Below, one piece after another: positions 53,476 through 62,281 of a DNA stretch of 64,000 nt (positions within the stretch are counted from its first letter, which is position 1; each line of letters starts with the position of its first letter). The DNA is from Candidatus Wolfebacteria bacterium (GTDB taxonomy: Bacteria; Patescibacteriota; Minisyncoccia; Phycocordibacterales; Phycocordibacteraceae). The position numbers and the translations under genes are program-made. Location of the stretch: contig NVRX02000004.1 in the NCBI GenBank assembly GCA_002400985.2, positions 114,245 to 178,244 of the forward strand, read 5' to 3'. The notes beneath the pieces are model-generated. The model was not told the origin of the DNA and did no database searches. It saw nothing but the letters and a program-made list of their open reading frames with translations.

Positions 53476-54903
53476 ATGAATCTCTATGCAATAAGCATAG
53501 GATTTGTATTAGGTATTTTTGTAACAACACTGACAGAAGTCTCACCATTTATTTTGGTGTTTCTTTCCATTCCAGCACTTCTTTTGTTTGGGTATGGAAT
53601 TTTAGGAAAAATTCCAAAGGTAGTAATGGTAGGCCTTTTTATATTTGGAATTACTTTGGGTGGCATACGAGTGATTCCCGAGCTTGAAAGACCTGTGTCA
53701 TTGGACAGTTTTTTAGATACAGAAATAACCATTATAGGAAATGTTGTTGAAGAGATAGACGAGCGAGAAACACACCTTCGGCTTATTGTTGAGACCGAAG
53801 ATGTTCGAGTGCTAGTTACTACTGAAAAGTTTCAAACGCTTTCATTTGGGGACACTATTTCGGTAACAGGAACACTTGGAATTCCTGAGTCTTTCGAAAC
53901 AGATACAGGAAGAATATTTCAATACGATAAGTTCTTAGCAAAAGATGAAATATATTACACACTCCCTTTTGCAGAAGTTGAAATTCTGAAGGAAGGAACT
54001 GCTTCTTTCAGAGGTTTTTTGTTTTCAATAAAAAAATTTTTTCTAACAAATATTAAAGATTCAATACCAGAACCCCAATCTGCTTTAGGGGGAGGGATCA
54101 CTGTTGGTGCAAAACGCTCTCTAGGGGATGACCTACTTCACGCTTTTCAAGTAACCGGCCTTATACATATTGTGGTGCTTTCAGGATACAACGTAACAAT
54201 AATCGCTGAAGCCATTATGCGTTCATTGCGATTTCTTCCAAAACAAACATCACTCTTTATAGGCGCAGGAACAATAACGGTGTTTGTTTTTATGGTCGGT
54301 GCAGGAGCAACTATAGTTCGTGCGGGAATAATGGCTGTTCTTGCCTTGATAGCAAGGGCAACAGGACGAACATATGCACTCACGCGAGCTCTCATTATTG
54401 CCGGTATTATAATGCTTCTTATAAACCCTCTCATACTTGTATACGATCCATCTTTTCAACTTTCATTCATTGCAACACTCGGACTTATGTACGTTGCCCC
54501 ACATATAGAGAAATATATACCCTGGGTTACAGACAAGTTTGGTCTTCGAAATATTGTAGGTGCAACAATAGGAACTCAAATTGCAGTATTTCCTCTACTT
54601 CTATACTTAACAGGACTTCTTTCTCTCTCTTCTCTACCTTCAAACATACTTGTGCTACCAATTATTCCTTTTGCAATGCTTGCCACGCTCATCGCAGGGG
54701 TTTTCGGAAGTATTCCAGGTATTGGGTTTATTGTAGGAATACCCGCATACCTCATACTTTCGTATGTGGTTATTCTTGTTGAGTTTATTGCAGCCATTCC
54801 AGGTTCTTCTATTGTGTTGCCTGCGTTTCCATTTTGGGTAACAGCAAGTTTGTATGTGGGTCTAGCATTCTTTCTTTGGAGAAGAAGAAGTTTTTTGTCT
54901 TAA
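53476..54903 (+). CDS. comEC: ComEC/Rec2 DNA-uptake channel, N-terminal part (OB/DUF4131 + competence domain, no MBL domain)
   Basis: Polytopic membrane protein. ..TGLIHIVVLSGYNVTIIAEAI.. is the competence-domain signature. It ends before any metallo-beta-lactamase motif. Confidence 0.82.
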   Translation: MNLYAISIGFVLGIFVTTLTEVSPFILVFLSIPALLLFGYGILGKIPKVVMVGLFIFGITLGGIRVIPELERPVSLDSFLDTEITIIGNVVEEIDERETHLRLIVETEDVRVLVTTEKFQTLSFGDTISVTGTLGIPESFETDTGRIFQYDKFLAKDEIYYTLPFAEVEILKEGTASFRGFLFSIKKFFLTNIKDSIPEPQSALGGGITVGAKRSLGDDLLHAFQVTGLIHIVVLSGYNVTIIAEAIMRSLRFLPKQTSLFIGAGTITVFVFMVGAGATIVRAGIMAVLALIARATGRTYALTRALIIAGIIMLLINPLILVYDPSFQLSFIATLGLMYVAPHIEKYIPWVTDKFGLRNIVGATIGTQIAVFPLLLYLTGLLSLSSLPSNILVLPIIPFAMLATLIAGVFGSIPGIGFIVGIPAYLILSYVVILVEFIAAIPGSSIVLPAFPFWVTASLYVGLAFFLWRRRSFLS

Positions 54904-55472
54904 AGCCTTTTTGAAACTACCTCCCAATTCATGTTTTTCAAAATCACATCAAGATAAGCTCCTTTTTCTGCGGGCACATAATCAACCATGAAGGCGTGTT
55001 CCCACACATCTATAGCGCAGAGTATTTTTGTCCCTGCAAGCTGCCCGATCTCATGATCTGCAACAAAAGTTGTATGAATCTGGTTTTCTTTACTATCATG
55101 ACTTACAACAATCCATCCAATACCTCTTGTTCCTCCAACTTCTTTTATGTGTGTTAAGAAATTATCAAAACTTCCATATTTTTCCGACACGATTTCTTTA
55201 AAAGAGTCTGCTGCTTCTTTTTCTCCCCCTTCTAACTGTTCAAAGTAGTATTCATGCATTCGCATACCGTCAAATTCAAACGCAAAACGTCTTCTAAGTT
55301 CATCAATAACATATTGAGAAGTTTTTGCTTCTTTGAGTGATGCAATTTGCTCCTGAATAAGGTTCGTGTGTTTTACATATCCAGCATAGAGTTTCAAATG
55401 AACATCAATTTGTTTTTCAGATAGGCCTTCAATGGTAGGTAGAGTAAATTGTTTTTCTGTATAGAGTTTCAT
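54900..55472 (-). CDS. sod: Fe/Mn-family superoxide dismutase
   Basis: The C-terminal ..DVWEHAFMVDY......NWEVVSKRL matches the D-x-W-E-H-A-Y/F motif. The N-terminal His ligand context (..DVHLKLYAGYVKHTN.., ..MHEYYFEQL) is divergent. The start is at Met96 of the track ORF. Confidence 0.72.
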   Translation of the reverse strand: MKLYTEKQFTLPTIEGLSEKQIDVHLKLYAGYVKHTNLIQEQIASLKEAKTSQYVIDELRRRFAFEFDGMRMHEYYFEQLEGGEKEAADSFKEIVSEKYGSFDNFLTHIKEVGGTRGIGWIVVSHDSKENQIHTTFVADHEIGQLAGTKILCAIDVWEHAFMVDYVPAEKGAYLDVILKNMNWEVVSKRL

Positions 55473-56312
55473 ATGCGAGTATCGTACCATAGAGAAATGA
55501 TCCGAGCCGGTATAATTTTTTCCCTTGTTCTTGTTCAGGCAATGCTTCTGATAAGCATTCTTACACCAAAGAATTTCGCCATAGCATTTCTTGATGTTGG
55601 GCAGGGCGATGCTATTTACATACAGGCACCCAATGGAAATGACATGCTTATAGATGGAGGTTCTGGAGAGTCTGTATTGCGTGCGCTTGCAGGAGTTATG
55701 GATATTTCTGATAGAGAAATTAACGTTGTTGTTGCAACACATCCAGACAAAGATCATATAGGAGGACTTATCCCTGTGTTAGACAGATACTCCGTTACAC
55801 ATTTTTTAGATCCAGGGGTAGTAAACAACACTCTTGTATACAAAGAGCTTTCAAAACGTGTTGTAGAACAAACACAATATACTGTTGCTCGAAAAGGAAT
55901 GCGCATACATCTTGGTCCAGATACTGTGGCTGATGTTTTGTTTCCAAACAGAGACATTGAAGGAGATATAAATAATGCATCTGTTATTTTGAGAGTTTCG
56001 TATAAAAAATCTAGCATTTTATTAACAGGGGATGCAGGAAAGGGTGTAGAAAGAATTATTCTAGATGAAGATATTGAGAGCGACATACTCAAGGCAGGGC
56101 ATCATGGGTCAAAAACATCTAGTGACATTGTTTTCTTGAGAAAAGTGTCTCCAGAACATGTGATTTTGTCTGTGGGGGCACAAAACAGATATGGGCACCC
56201 ACATGTAAATGTGCTTTCAGCACTTGCTTCTATAGGGACAAACATACTTTCAACAGCAGAAGAGGGAACGATAGTATTCATAAGCGATGGAGAGTCTCTT
56301 GTGCGAAAGTAG
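55473..56312 (+). CDS. ComEC-type metallo-beta-lactamase domain protein (separate gene)
   Basis: An N-terminal TM segment, then FLDVGQGDAIYIQ.., ..VATHPDKDHIGGL.. and ..LKAGHHGSKTSS.. This matches the C-terminal nuclease domain of full-length ComEC. An alternative start lies at 55497. Confidence 0.8.
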   Translation: MRVSYHREMIRAGIIFSLVLVQAMLLISILTPKNFAIAFLDVGQGDAIYIQAPNGNDMLIDGGSGESVLRALAGVMDISDREINVVVATHPDKDHIGGLIPVLDRYSVTHFLDPGVVNNTLVYKELSKRVVEQTQYTVARKGMRIHLGPDTVADVLFPNRDIEGDINNASVILRVSYKKSSILLTGDAGKGVERIILDEDIESDILKAGHHGSKTSSDIVFLRKVSPEHVILSVGAQNRYGHPHVNVLSALASIGTNILSTAEEGTIVFISDGESLVRK

Positions 56313-56326
56313 TATAGTATTTATAT

Positions 56327-57064
56327 ATGATAGGCGTGTTTGATTCTGGTATTGGAGGACTTTCTGTATTGCGTGCGATACGAACGCGGTCTCCACAAGC
56401 AGATATAGTATATTTTGGCGATACAAAAAATGCTCCATATGGAAATAAAAGTGAAGAAGAGGTAAAGAAACTTTCCATAGAGAATATTCAAAGGCTGTTC
56501 AGCGAGGGTGCTACAGAAATTGTAAGTGCCTGTAATAGTATTTCTATTGCATTAGACGCTCCATTGCTCAGCACGCTCTCACTTTCAGAGCACAACTTTA
56601 TTGAAATGGTTGAACCTACTGTTTCTGCAATAAAAGAAAGAAAAGAACGTTCAATTTTATTATGTGCGACAAATGTGACAATACACTCAGGAATGTATCA
56701 AAGAAGTTTTGCTGGTCTTGGAAAACAGGTTGTCACACTTCCAATGCCTGAACTTGTTAAATATATTGAGTCAGGAAAAGACAAAGAAGATATAAAAACA
56801 CTGTTACATTCATATTTTAAAACAGTAGATCTATCCAAACACGAGCTTATTTTATTGGGGTGCACACATTACCCACTAGTATTAGATCTTTTCGAGGAAG
56901 TGCTAGAGGAGCTGCACGCTTCTGTTCTTGTGTACAACCCTTCTGCTGCAGTTGCCGCTGAGGTGGCTATAAAATTTAACTGTGAAGGGGGTGGAAAAAC
57001 AACTCTTTTATTTTCAAAGGAAACAGAGCAAACAAAAAAGACTCAGAAGAGTCTTTTTATTTGA
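56327..57064 (+). CDS. murI: Glutamate racemase
   Basis: MIGVFDSGIGGLSVLRAI.., ..YFGDTKNAPYG.., ..ACNS.. and ..LGCTHYPL.. Confidence 0.9.
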   Translation: MIGVFDSGIGGLSVLRAIRTRSPQADIVYFGDTKNAPYGNKSEEEVKKLSIENIQRLFSEGATEIVSACNSISIALDAPLLSTLSLSEHNFIEMVEPTVSAIKERKERSILLCATNVTIHSGMYQRSFAGLGKQVVTLPMPELVKYIESGKDKEDIKTLLHSYFKTVDLSKHELILLGCTHYPLVLDLFEEVLEELHASVLVYNPSAAVAAEVAIKFNCEGGGKTTLLFSKETEQTKKTQKSLFI

Positions 57065-57302
57065 TGAGTCGCGCTTTTTTCAATGTGGCGTATGCTCCGT
57101 TCTTCTTTATTTCTTTGAGGCCTGTTGTTGAGACAGTAATCGCAATTGATTTATCAAGTTCAGGTATGAAAATACGACGACGTTGCAGGTTTACCTGACG
57201 ACGACGCTTTCCTGTTGGATTAAACTTAGTAGCACGCGTACGGTTTGAGTAACCGCCGCCTACTTGTGAAGTCTTTCCTGTGATTGCACACTTTCGTGAC
57301 AT
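57057..57302 (-). CDS. rpmB: 50S ribosomal protein L28
   Basis: MSRKCAITGKTSQVGGGYSNRTRATKFNPTGKRRRQVNLQRRR.. Confidence 0.9.
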   Translation of the reverse strand: MSRKCAITGKTSQVGGGYSNRTRATKFNPTGKRRRQVNLQRRRIFIPELDKSIAITVSTTGLKEIKKNGAYATLKKARLIK

Positions 57303-57369
57303 AGTGGGCGTAGATTACTAGTAAATATGAATAATTGCAATAGGTAGAGAGAAAATGTGGTATATATAG

Positions 57370-58020
57370 ATGAGTATGTCTGAACTACTTCTTTTTACTG
57401 TTGTATTACTTATCATTTCAATAATTTTACATGAGATTGCGCATGGCTATGCCGCGTATGCTCTTGGAGATCCTACTGCAAAAAATGCAGGACGACTTAC
57501 TTTAAATCCACTACCCCATATTGATATTGTTGGGTCGGTATTAATTCCCGCATTTTTAGTTCTTACAAGTGCGGGATTCCTTTTTGGATGGGCAAAGCCT
57601 GTACCGTATAATCCTTTGAATCTAAAAAATCAGCGTTTTGGTGAAGGACTCGTTTCAATTGCGGGGCCTGCCATGAATATAGGTATTGCTATCATTTTCT
57701 CTCTGGTCATACGTTTTGGTTCTGGGCTTCCTGAGACGTTTATATCACTTGCTGCATTGGTTGTTCTTATAAACCTGTTTCTTGGCCTTTTCAATCTTAT
57801 TCCAATACCTCCATTAGACGGATACACGGTGCTTCGCTCAATACTCCCGTATAGGTTTGCCGTATCGTTTAGGAATTTTGAAAGAAAAGTTCAGTCGCTA
57901 GGTATATTGTCACTATTTCTATTTATATTTGTCTTTATATCTATTCTCTCAAATCCATTCTTTGCTCTCGTACAGCAAATATTTACTTTGTTCACTGGTA
58001 CATCACTGGGAAGTTTTTAA
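57370..58020 (+). CDS. Site-2 protease (M50) family membrane metalloprotease
   Basis: The HEIAHG zinc motif in the first TM segment, ..LTLNPLPHID.. and ..NLIPIPPLDG.. A second ATG at 57376 fits the upstream TGGTATATA box better. Confidence 0.8.
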   Translation: MSMSELLLFTVVLLIISIILHEIAHGYAAYALGDPTAKNAGRLTLNPLPHIDIVGSVLIPAFLVLTSAGFLFGWAKPVPYNPLNLKNQRFGEGLVSIAGPAMNIGIAIIFSLVIRFGSGLPETFISLAALVVLINLFLGLFNLIPIPPLDGYTVLRSILPYRFAVSFRNFERKVQSLGILSLFLFIFVFISILSNPFFALVQQIFTLFTGTSLGSF

Positions 58021-58064
58021 GCAACGTGATATAGAAAATAAAATATGGTACCGTATTGTTACGT

Positions 58065-60002
58065 ATGAGTAACTATTTTACTGGAATTACCTTGATTTCA
58101 GGCGTGTTTATGGCCAGCTTTTTTGTTGGCTTTTTCTATGTTTTTGCGGCTCCAGTAAATGTAACCTTTACTATTGATGGTGTAAGCACCTCAACGCTTA
58201 CTGCTGGTGAAACTGTTACATTTGCTATACAGCTTACAAATACTGATGAGGTAACGATGGATGGTGATTTTTCTATTTTAGATGAATCAGGCATTGAGAT
58301 TTCAGGGTTCTCAAATATATCCTGTGGAAATGGAGAAGATGTTTCTGCTCTCGCTATTGACCCAATAGTTTTCTGTTTTTGGGACCCTGTAATTAGTACA
58401 AGCGATGAGGTTTCTTTTGATATAACAATTGATACTGCAGGCACGTATACACTTCTTGTTTTTACATATACAGATGATCTAGATGATTTTGAAGGAATAG
58501 AAAAAGAATTCTCTCTTACAGTAGAGGCTGCAGCTGTAGAAAATCCATTTACCTTTTCTACAGGAACAACACGAGATCTTGATTCTGACGGGTACATAGA
58601 TACCGTAAAGCTTACATTTTCAGTAGACCCAGATCATTCTACCGTTGATATTTCTGACATTACCGTTGATGGATACACCGTTGTAGGTGTGAGTCAGTGG
58701 ACGAACCTTTTAGAGTTTGATTCTGACTCAATCAGAGTAGACCTTGCAGAGGGTTCCAATTTAGATGGTGGAGAAACTCCAAGCGTTACTATTTCAGGAT
58801 TTACTGATGGAGATGGAAATGCTATAGAAGCAACAACAGCAACACTTGTAGATAATGCTCCACCAGTAATGGTCTCAGCCCTTATTGCAGAAGATGGAGA
58901 ATCTATAGAGGTAACATTTAGTGAAGATATAAATGGAACAACAGTAAATAGCACAGGTACAGACTTCACGCTTTCAGAAAACTCAATAACGACAGCTGAT
59001 GAAACTTCTCCAGGAGTTGTAACGCTTACGCTTGGAGCAACAACCTCATCAACATCTATGGATGTAACTGTGGGAACTACTGACATTGATGATTTGGCAG
59101 GCAATACGACAAGTGAGCACACTGTTACAGCAACTCCTGCCCCAGACACAACACCAATTACTATTCAAGGTGTTGGGCTGACAACATCGGCGGCCTCTAC
59201 AGATTCTGTTTCGGAGGGAGATACTATTACCCTTACCTTTACACTTTCTGAACTTGCCAACACAAGCACAATAGGGATTCTTGATGAAAGCAATGTTTCT
59301 GTTGCAACAACAAGCACAACATATACTGCTATATATACGGTAGATGCAGATACTGCAGCAGGAGCAGCTACCTTTAGTATTTCTATAAAAGATGCAGCAG
59401 AAAATGAAACTGTGGCAACAAGCACTACTGATGGAAGCGCTCTTAATATTGTTGTAGAAGAAGAGGGTGGCGGAAGTGGAGGAGGAAGCAGCATCGCCTT
59501 TTCTATTGCACTTAGTGCATCAGACGGAGGACTCAACTTGATTTCATTGCCTGTATCTCCAAGTAATACAAGTATAGGAACTGTTCTTGGAAGTATTATT
59601 GGATCTGTTGAATCTGTGTGGACGATGATTGATTCACAGTGGTATGTGTACTACCCAGATAATGCGAATCTTTCAAATCTTGAAACCATGAATGCTGGGT
59701 ACGCGTACTACATAGAGGTCTCATCAGATGCGACACTTTCTGGAAGTGGAACTCTCTCTGCAATCACACGGACACTCTCAAGTGGGTGGCACATGGTTGG
59801 GTATCTGCAATCAGGCACAGACGCTACAGGAACTGTTTCTATAGATACTGCATTTTCTAGTGTTGGGCTTGCTGGAGTTGCATACAGTGAGCTTGTGGAG
59901 TATGAAGGAGGAGCACAAGTAGCATCTACAGATGTAGATCTTGGAGAAGGATTTTTCATGAATGTGGCAGGGAGTTCCGTAATACTGCAACGAACAATAT
60001 AA
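58065..60002 (+). CDS. Large Thr/Ser-rich secreted surface protein with Ig-like repeats, hypothetical
   Basis: An N-terminal signal/anchor, repeated beta-rich segments (..TVTFAIQLTN.., ..TITLTFTLSE.., ..AATFSISIKD..), a GGGSGGGS linker and a distinct C-terminal domain. Confidence 0.55.
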   Translation: MSNYFTGITLISGVFMASFFVGFFYVFAAPVNVTFTIDGVSTSTLTAGETVTFAIQLTNTDEVTMDGDFSILDESGIEISGFSNISCGNGEDVSALAIDPIVFCFWDPVISTSDEVSFDITIDTAGTYTLLVFTYTDDLDDFEGIEKEFSLTVEAAAVENPFTFSTGTTRDLDSDGYIDTVKLTFSVDPDHSTVDISDITVDGYTVVGVSQWTNLLEFDSDSIRVDLAEGSNLDGGETPSVTISGFTDGDGNAIEATTATLVDNAPPVMVSALIAEDGESIEVTFSEDINGTTVNSTGTDFTLSENSITTADETSPGVVTLTLGATTSSTSMDVTVGTTDIDDLAGNTTSEHTVTATPAPDTTPITIQGVGLTTSAASTDSVSEGDTITLTFTLSELANTSTIGILDESNVSVATTSTTYTAIYTVDADTAAGAATFSISIKDAAENETVATSTTDGSALNIVVEEEGGGSGGGSSIAFSIALSASDGGLNLISLPVSPSNTSIGTVLGSIIGSVESVWTMIDSQWYVYYPDNANLSNLETMNAGYAYYIEVSSDATLSGSGTLSAITRTLSSGWHMVGYLQSGTDATGTVSIDTAFSSVGLAGVAYSELVEYEGGAQVASTDVDLGEGFFMNVAGSSVILQRTI

Positions 60003-60003
60003 T

Positions 60004-60531
60004 ATGCGAGCAATACTATACATGTCACTATTTCTTATTCCGGCACTTGCGCTAGCTGCGCCGGGTATTCCTCATCAAGTGCACGGGACGGTAAAGGATT
60101 TTACAAGTGGAACATTAAACGCCTTTATTGATGGAAATATTGTAGGAAGTACCAGCATTCAAAGTGATGGAACATTTGGCACGGGGTCTAATTTGTTTTT
60201 TATATTAGATTCAAATAATACATACGCAGGAGAAACGGTTACGTTTAAAATAAGCACTGCTGCAGCAAATAGTTCTTTTGTGTTTCAAAATGGAGGCCTA
60301 AATGAAGTTGCTGTTGAGCTTATTGTTATAGGGGGAACATCAGGAGGGATTCCTGTAAGTACAACAACAACTTCTAGTAATGTTGTAGGGGACTTCAACG
60401 GAGATGGAACTATTGATATTCAAGATTACAATTTCCTTTTGGTACATTGGGGAACACCACAGGCTGATCTAAACGGAGATGGCACGACCGATATTCTCGA
60501 TTTTAATATTCTTATAGCTAACTGGTCATAA
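60004..60531 (+). CDS. Secreted dockerin-repeat protein
   Basis: A signal peptide. The C-terminal duplicated Ca-binding segments GDFNGDGTIDIQDYNFLLVHWG and DLNGDGTTDILDFNILIANW are a type I dockerin signature. Confidence 0.75.
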   Translation: MRAILYMSLFLIPALALAAPGIPHQVHGTVKDFTSGTLNAFIDGNIVGSTSIQSDGTFGTGSNLFFILDSNNTYAGETVTFKISTAAANSSFVFQNGGLNEVAVELIVIGGTSGGIPVSTTTTSSNVVGDFNGDGTIDIQDYNFLLVHWGTPQADLNGDGTTDILDFNILIANWS

Positions 60532-60532
60532 T

Positions 60533-61210
60533 ATGCGATTACTTCTTTTTACAATGTTGTTTACTCTTCCATTCGTGGTTCACGCTGCAAGTTTTACCTT
60601 TGAGGCGAATCAAATTGAAGTAGGCGAAAGCACTCAGGTAACATTGTATGTGTCTTCGGAGGAGTCGGTGTATACAGTAAAGGCTATAGTTGCTCTTGAT
60701 CAAAAAACATTGGCGATAGAAAGTATAGTTATTGGAAATGGGTGGCTTTCTCTTTCACAGCCTGGGTACGATTCTGTTTCTGAAGGACGTTTTATAAAAA
60801 CAGCGGGGTTCCCAGGTGGGCTTACTGCAAAAACACCATTTCTTACCTTTACAGTTACAAGGTTAACAAAAGGTGTGGGAGTCATTTCAATAGAAAGCAG
60901 TTCAAAAGCGTATGATAAGGACAGCCGTAACGTCGCAACAGTTTTTGATACAAAGACATTTGGAACATTTTCTCTACCTTCATTACCTGCCGCTTTTTCT
61001 ATCTCTGAAGACGTTTCGGAGCCAGAAATTATTGTAGAAGAGGAAGAAAAAGAACCTATTGTGGAGGTTGTAGATAAGATAAAGCTCCCGGCGGCAGTTA
61101 TAACTATTGATGGCGCACTTCCCGTGGTGCCACTAGCAATATTATTTCTAGTGCTTTTGGGTGGATTCGGAATCTATTTAGGTATAAGAAAAAGGAGAGA
61201 ACATAGATAG
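60533..61210 (+). CDS. Cohesin-like beta-sandwich protein with a C-terminal membrane anchor
   Basis: A signal peptide. ..FTFEANQIEVGESTQVTLYVSSEESVYTVKAIVALDQKTLAIESIVIGNGW.. is cohesin-like by eye. An acidic linker is followed by the TM segment LPVVPLAILFLVLLGGFGIYLGI and the basic tail RKRREHR. Confidence 0.5.
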   Translation: MRLLLFTMLFTLPFVVHAASFTFEANQIEVGESTQVTLYVSSEESVYTVKAIVALDQKTLAIESIVIGNGWLSLSQPGYDSVSEGRFIKTAGFPGGLTAKTPFLTFTVTRLTKGVGVISIESSSKAYDKDSRNVATVFDTKTFGTFSLPSLPAAFSISEDVSEPEIIVEEEEKEPIVEVVDKIKLPAAVITIDGALPVVPLAILFLVLLGGFGIYLGIRKRREHR

Positions 61211-61276
61211 AAGTACTTGCAAAGAGCGGCGTTAGATAGTAGAGTAGCCTCGTCTCGGGTTGGGACATTTTTAATT

Positions 61277-61684
61277 ATGCCAACAGTAAATCAACTAATA
61301 AAAAAGGCACGAAAAGATAAGGTTCGAAAGACTCGAACTGAAGCTCTTTCACGTGGATTTAATTCACTTAAAAACAAACCAACCGAATACCCATCTCCAT
61401 TCAAGCGCGGTGTATGTACAAAGGTAACTACAAAGACTCCACGTAAGCCGAACTCAGCTATTCGAAAGATTGCTCGTGTGCGTCTTACAAACGGAAGAGA
61501 GATTACGGCGTACATTCCTGGTGAAGGGCACACACTACAGGAGCACTCAGTAGTGCTAGTACGAGGAGGACGAGTAAAAGATATTGGAGTGAACTACACT
61601 GTTGTTCGAGGAAAGCTCGATGCAGTAGGAGTAGAAGGACGAAAGAACTCACGTTCTCGATATGGAGCTAAAAAATCTACATAA
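61277..61684 (+). CDS. rpsL: 30S ribosomal protein S12
   Basis: [13 protein letters not shown]...PKKPNSA(I)[33 protein letters not shown]. Confidence 0.95.
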   Translation: MPTVNQLIKKARKDKVRKTRTEALSRGFNSLKNKPTEYPSPFKRGVCTKVTTKTPRKPNSAIRKIARVRLTNGREITAYIPGEGHTLQEHSVVLVRGGRVKDIGVNYTVVRGKLDAVGVEGRKNSRSRYGAKKST

Positions 61685-61686
61685 AC

Positions 61687-62157
61687 ATGCGACGACCACT
61701 TAAAAAACAACGAACATGGCGACCAGACCCGAAATTCAATTCGGAGAAGCTTACACGGTTCATGAACTACGTAATGCTTGATGGAAAGAAAGAAACAGCA
61801 AAGTCTGTGGTGTATGACGCTTTTGATATGATCAAAGAAGCAGACAAGGACGCTGACCCAATGAGTATTTTTGATGAAGCAGTAAAGAATGCAGGGCCAC
61901 TTATGGAAGTACGGTCTCGTCGAGTGGGAGGTGCAAACTACCAAGTGCCACGTGAAGTTAGGGATGTACGTCGGATGAGTCTTGCATACCGTTGGATTAT
62001 CACTGCTGCACGAAAGCGAAAGGGAGTACCTATGGCACAAGCACTTGCAGAAGAGCTGAAGCTTGCAGCTTCAAATGAAGGAGATGCGGTAAAGAAAAAG
62101 GAGGATACACACAGGATGGCAGAAGCCAACAAGGCATTTGCTCACTTTGCGTGGTAG
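61687..62157 (+). CDS. rpsG: 30S ribosomal protein S7
   Basis: MRRPLKKQR...DPKFNSEKLTRFMNYVMLDGKKETA..., ..RRVGGANYQVP.. Position after rpsL. Confidence 0.95.
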   Translation: MRRPLKKQRTWRPDPKFNSEKLTRFMNYVMLDGKKETAKSVVYDAFDMIKEADKDADPMSIFDEAVKNAGPLMEVRSRRVGGANYQVPREVRDVRRMSLAYRWIITAARKRKGVPMAQALAEELKLAASNEGDAVKKKEDTHRMAEANKAFAHFAW

Positions 62158-62179
62158 AGAAACAGTTTAGATAAGAAAG

Positions 62180-62203
62180 AAAAGCACCCGAATGGGTGTT
62201 TTT
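62180..62203 (+). terminator. Hairpin with U-run between rpsG and fusA (terminator/attenuator)
   Basis: AAAAGCACCC-gaat-GGGTGTTTTT. Confidence 0.55.
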
Positions 62204-62281
62204 CCTTGCTTTTACTTCCACGTCTAGTATGCTAGCCACACAACGCGTTTGAGCGCTTTTATTTTTATTTAATAACAAAAC

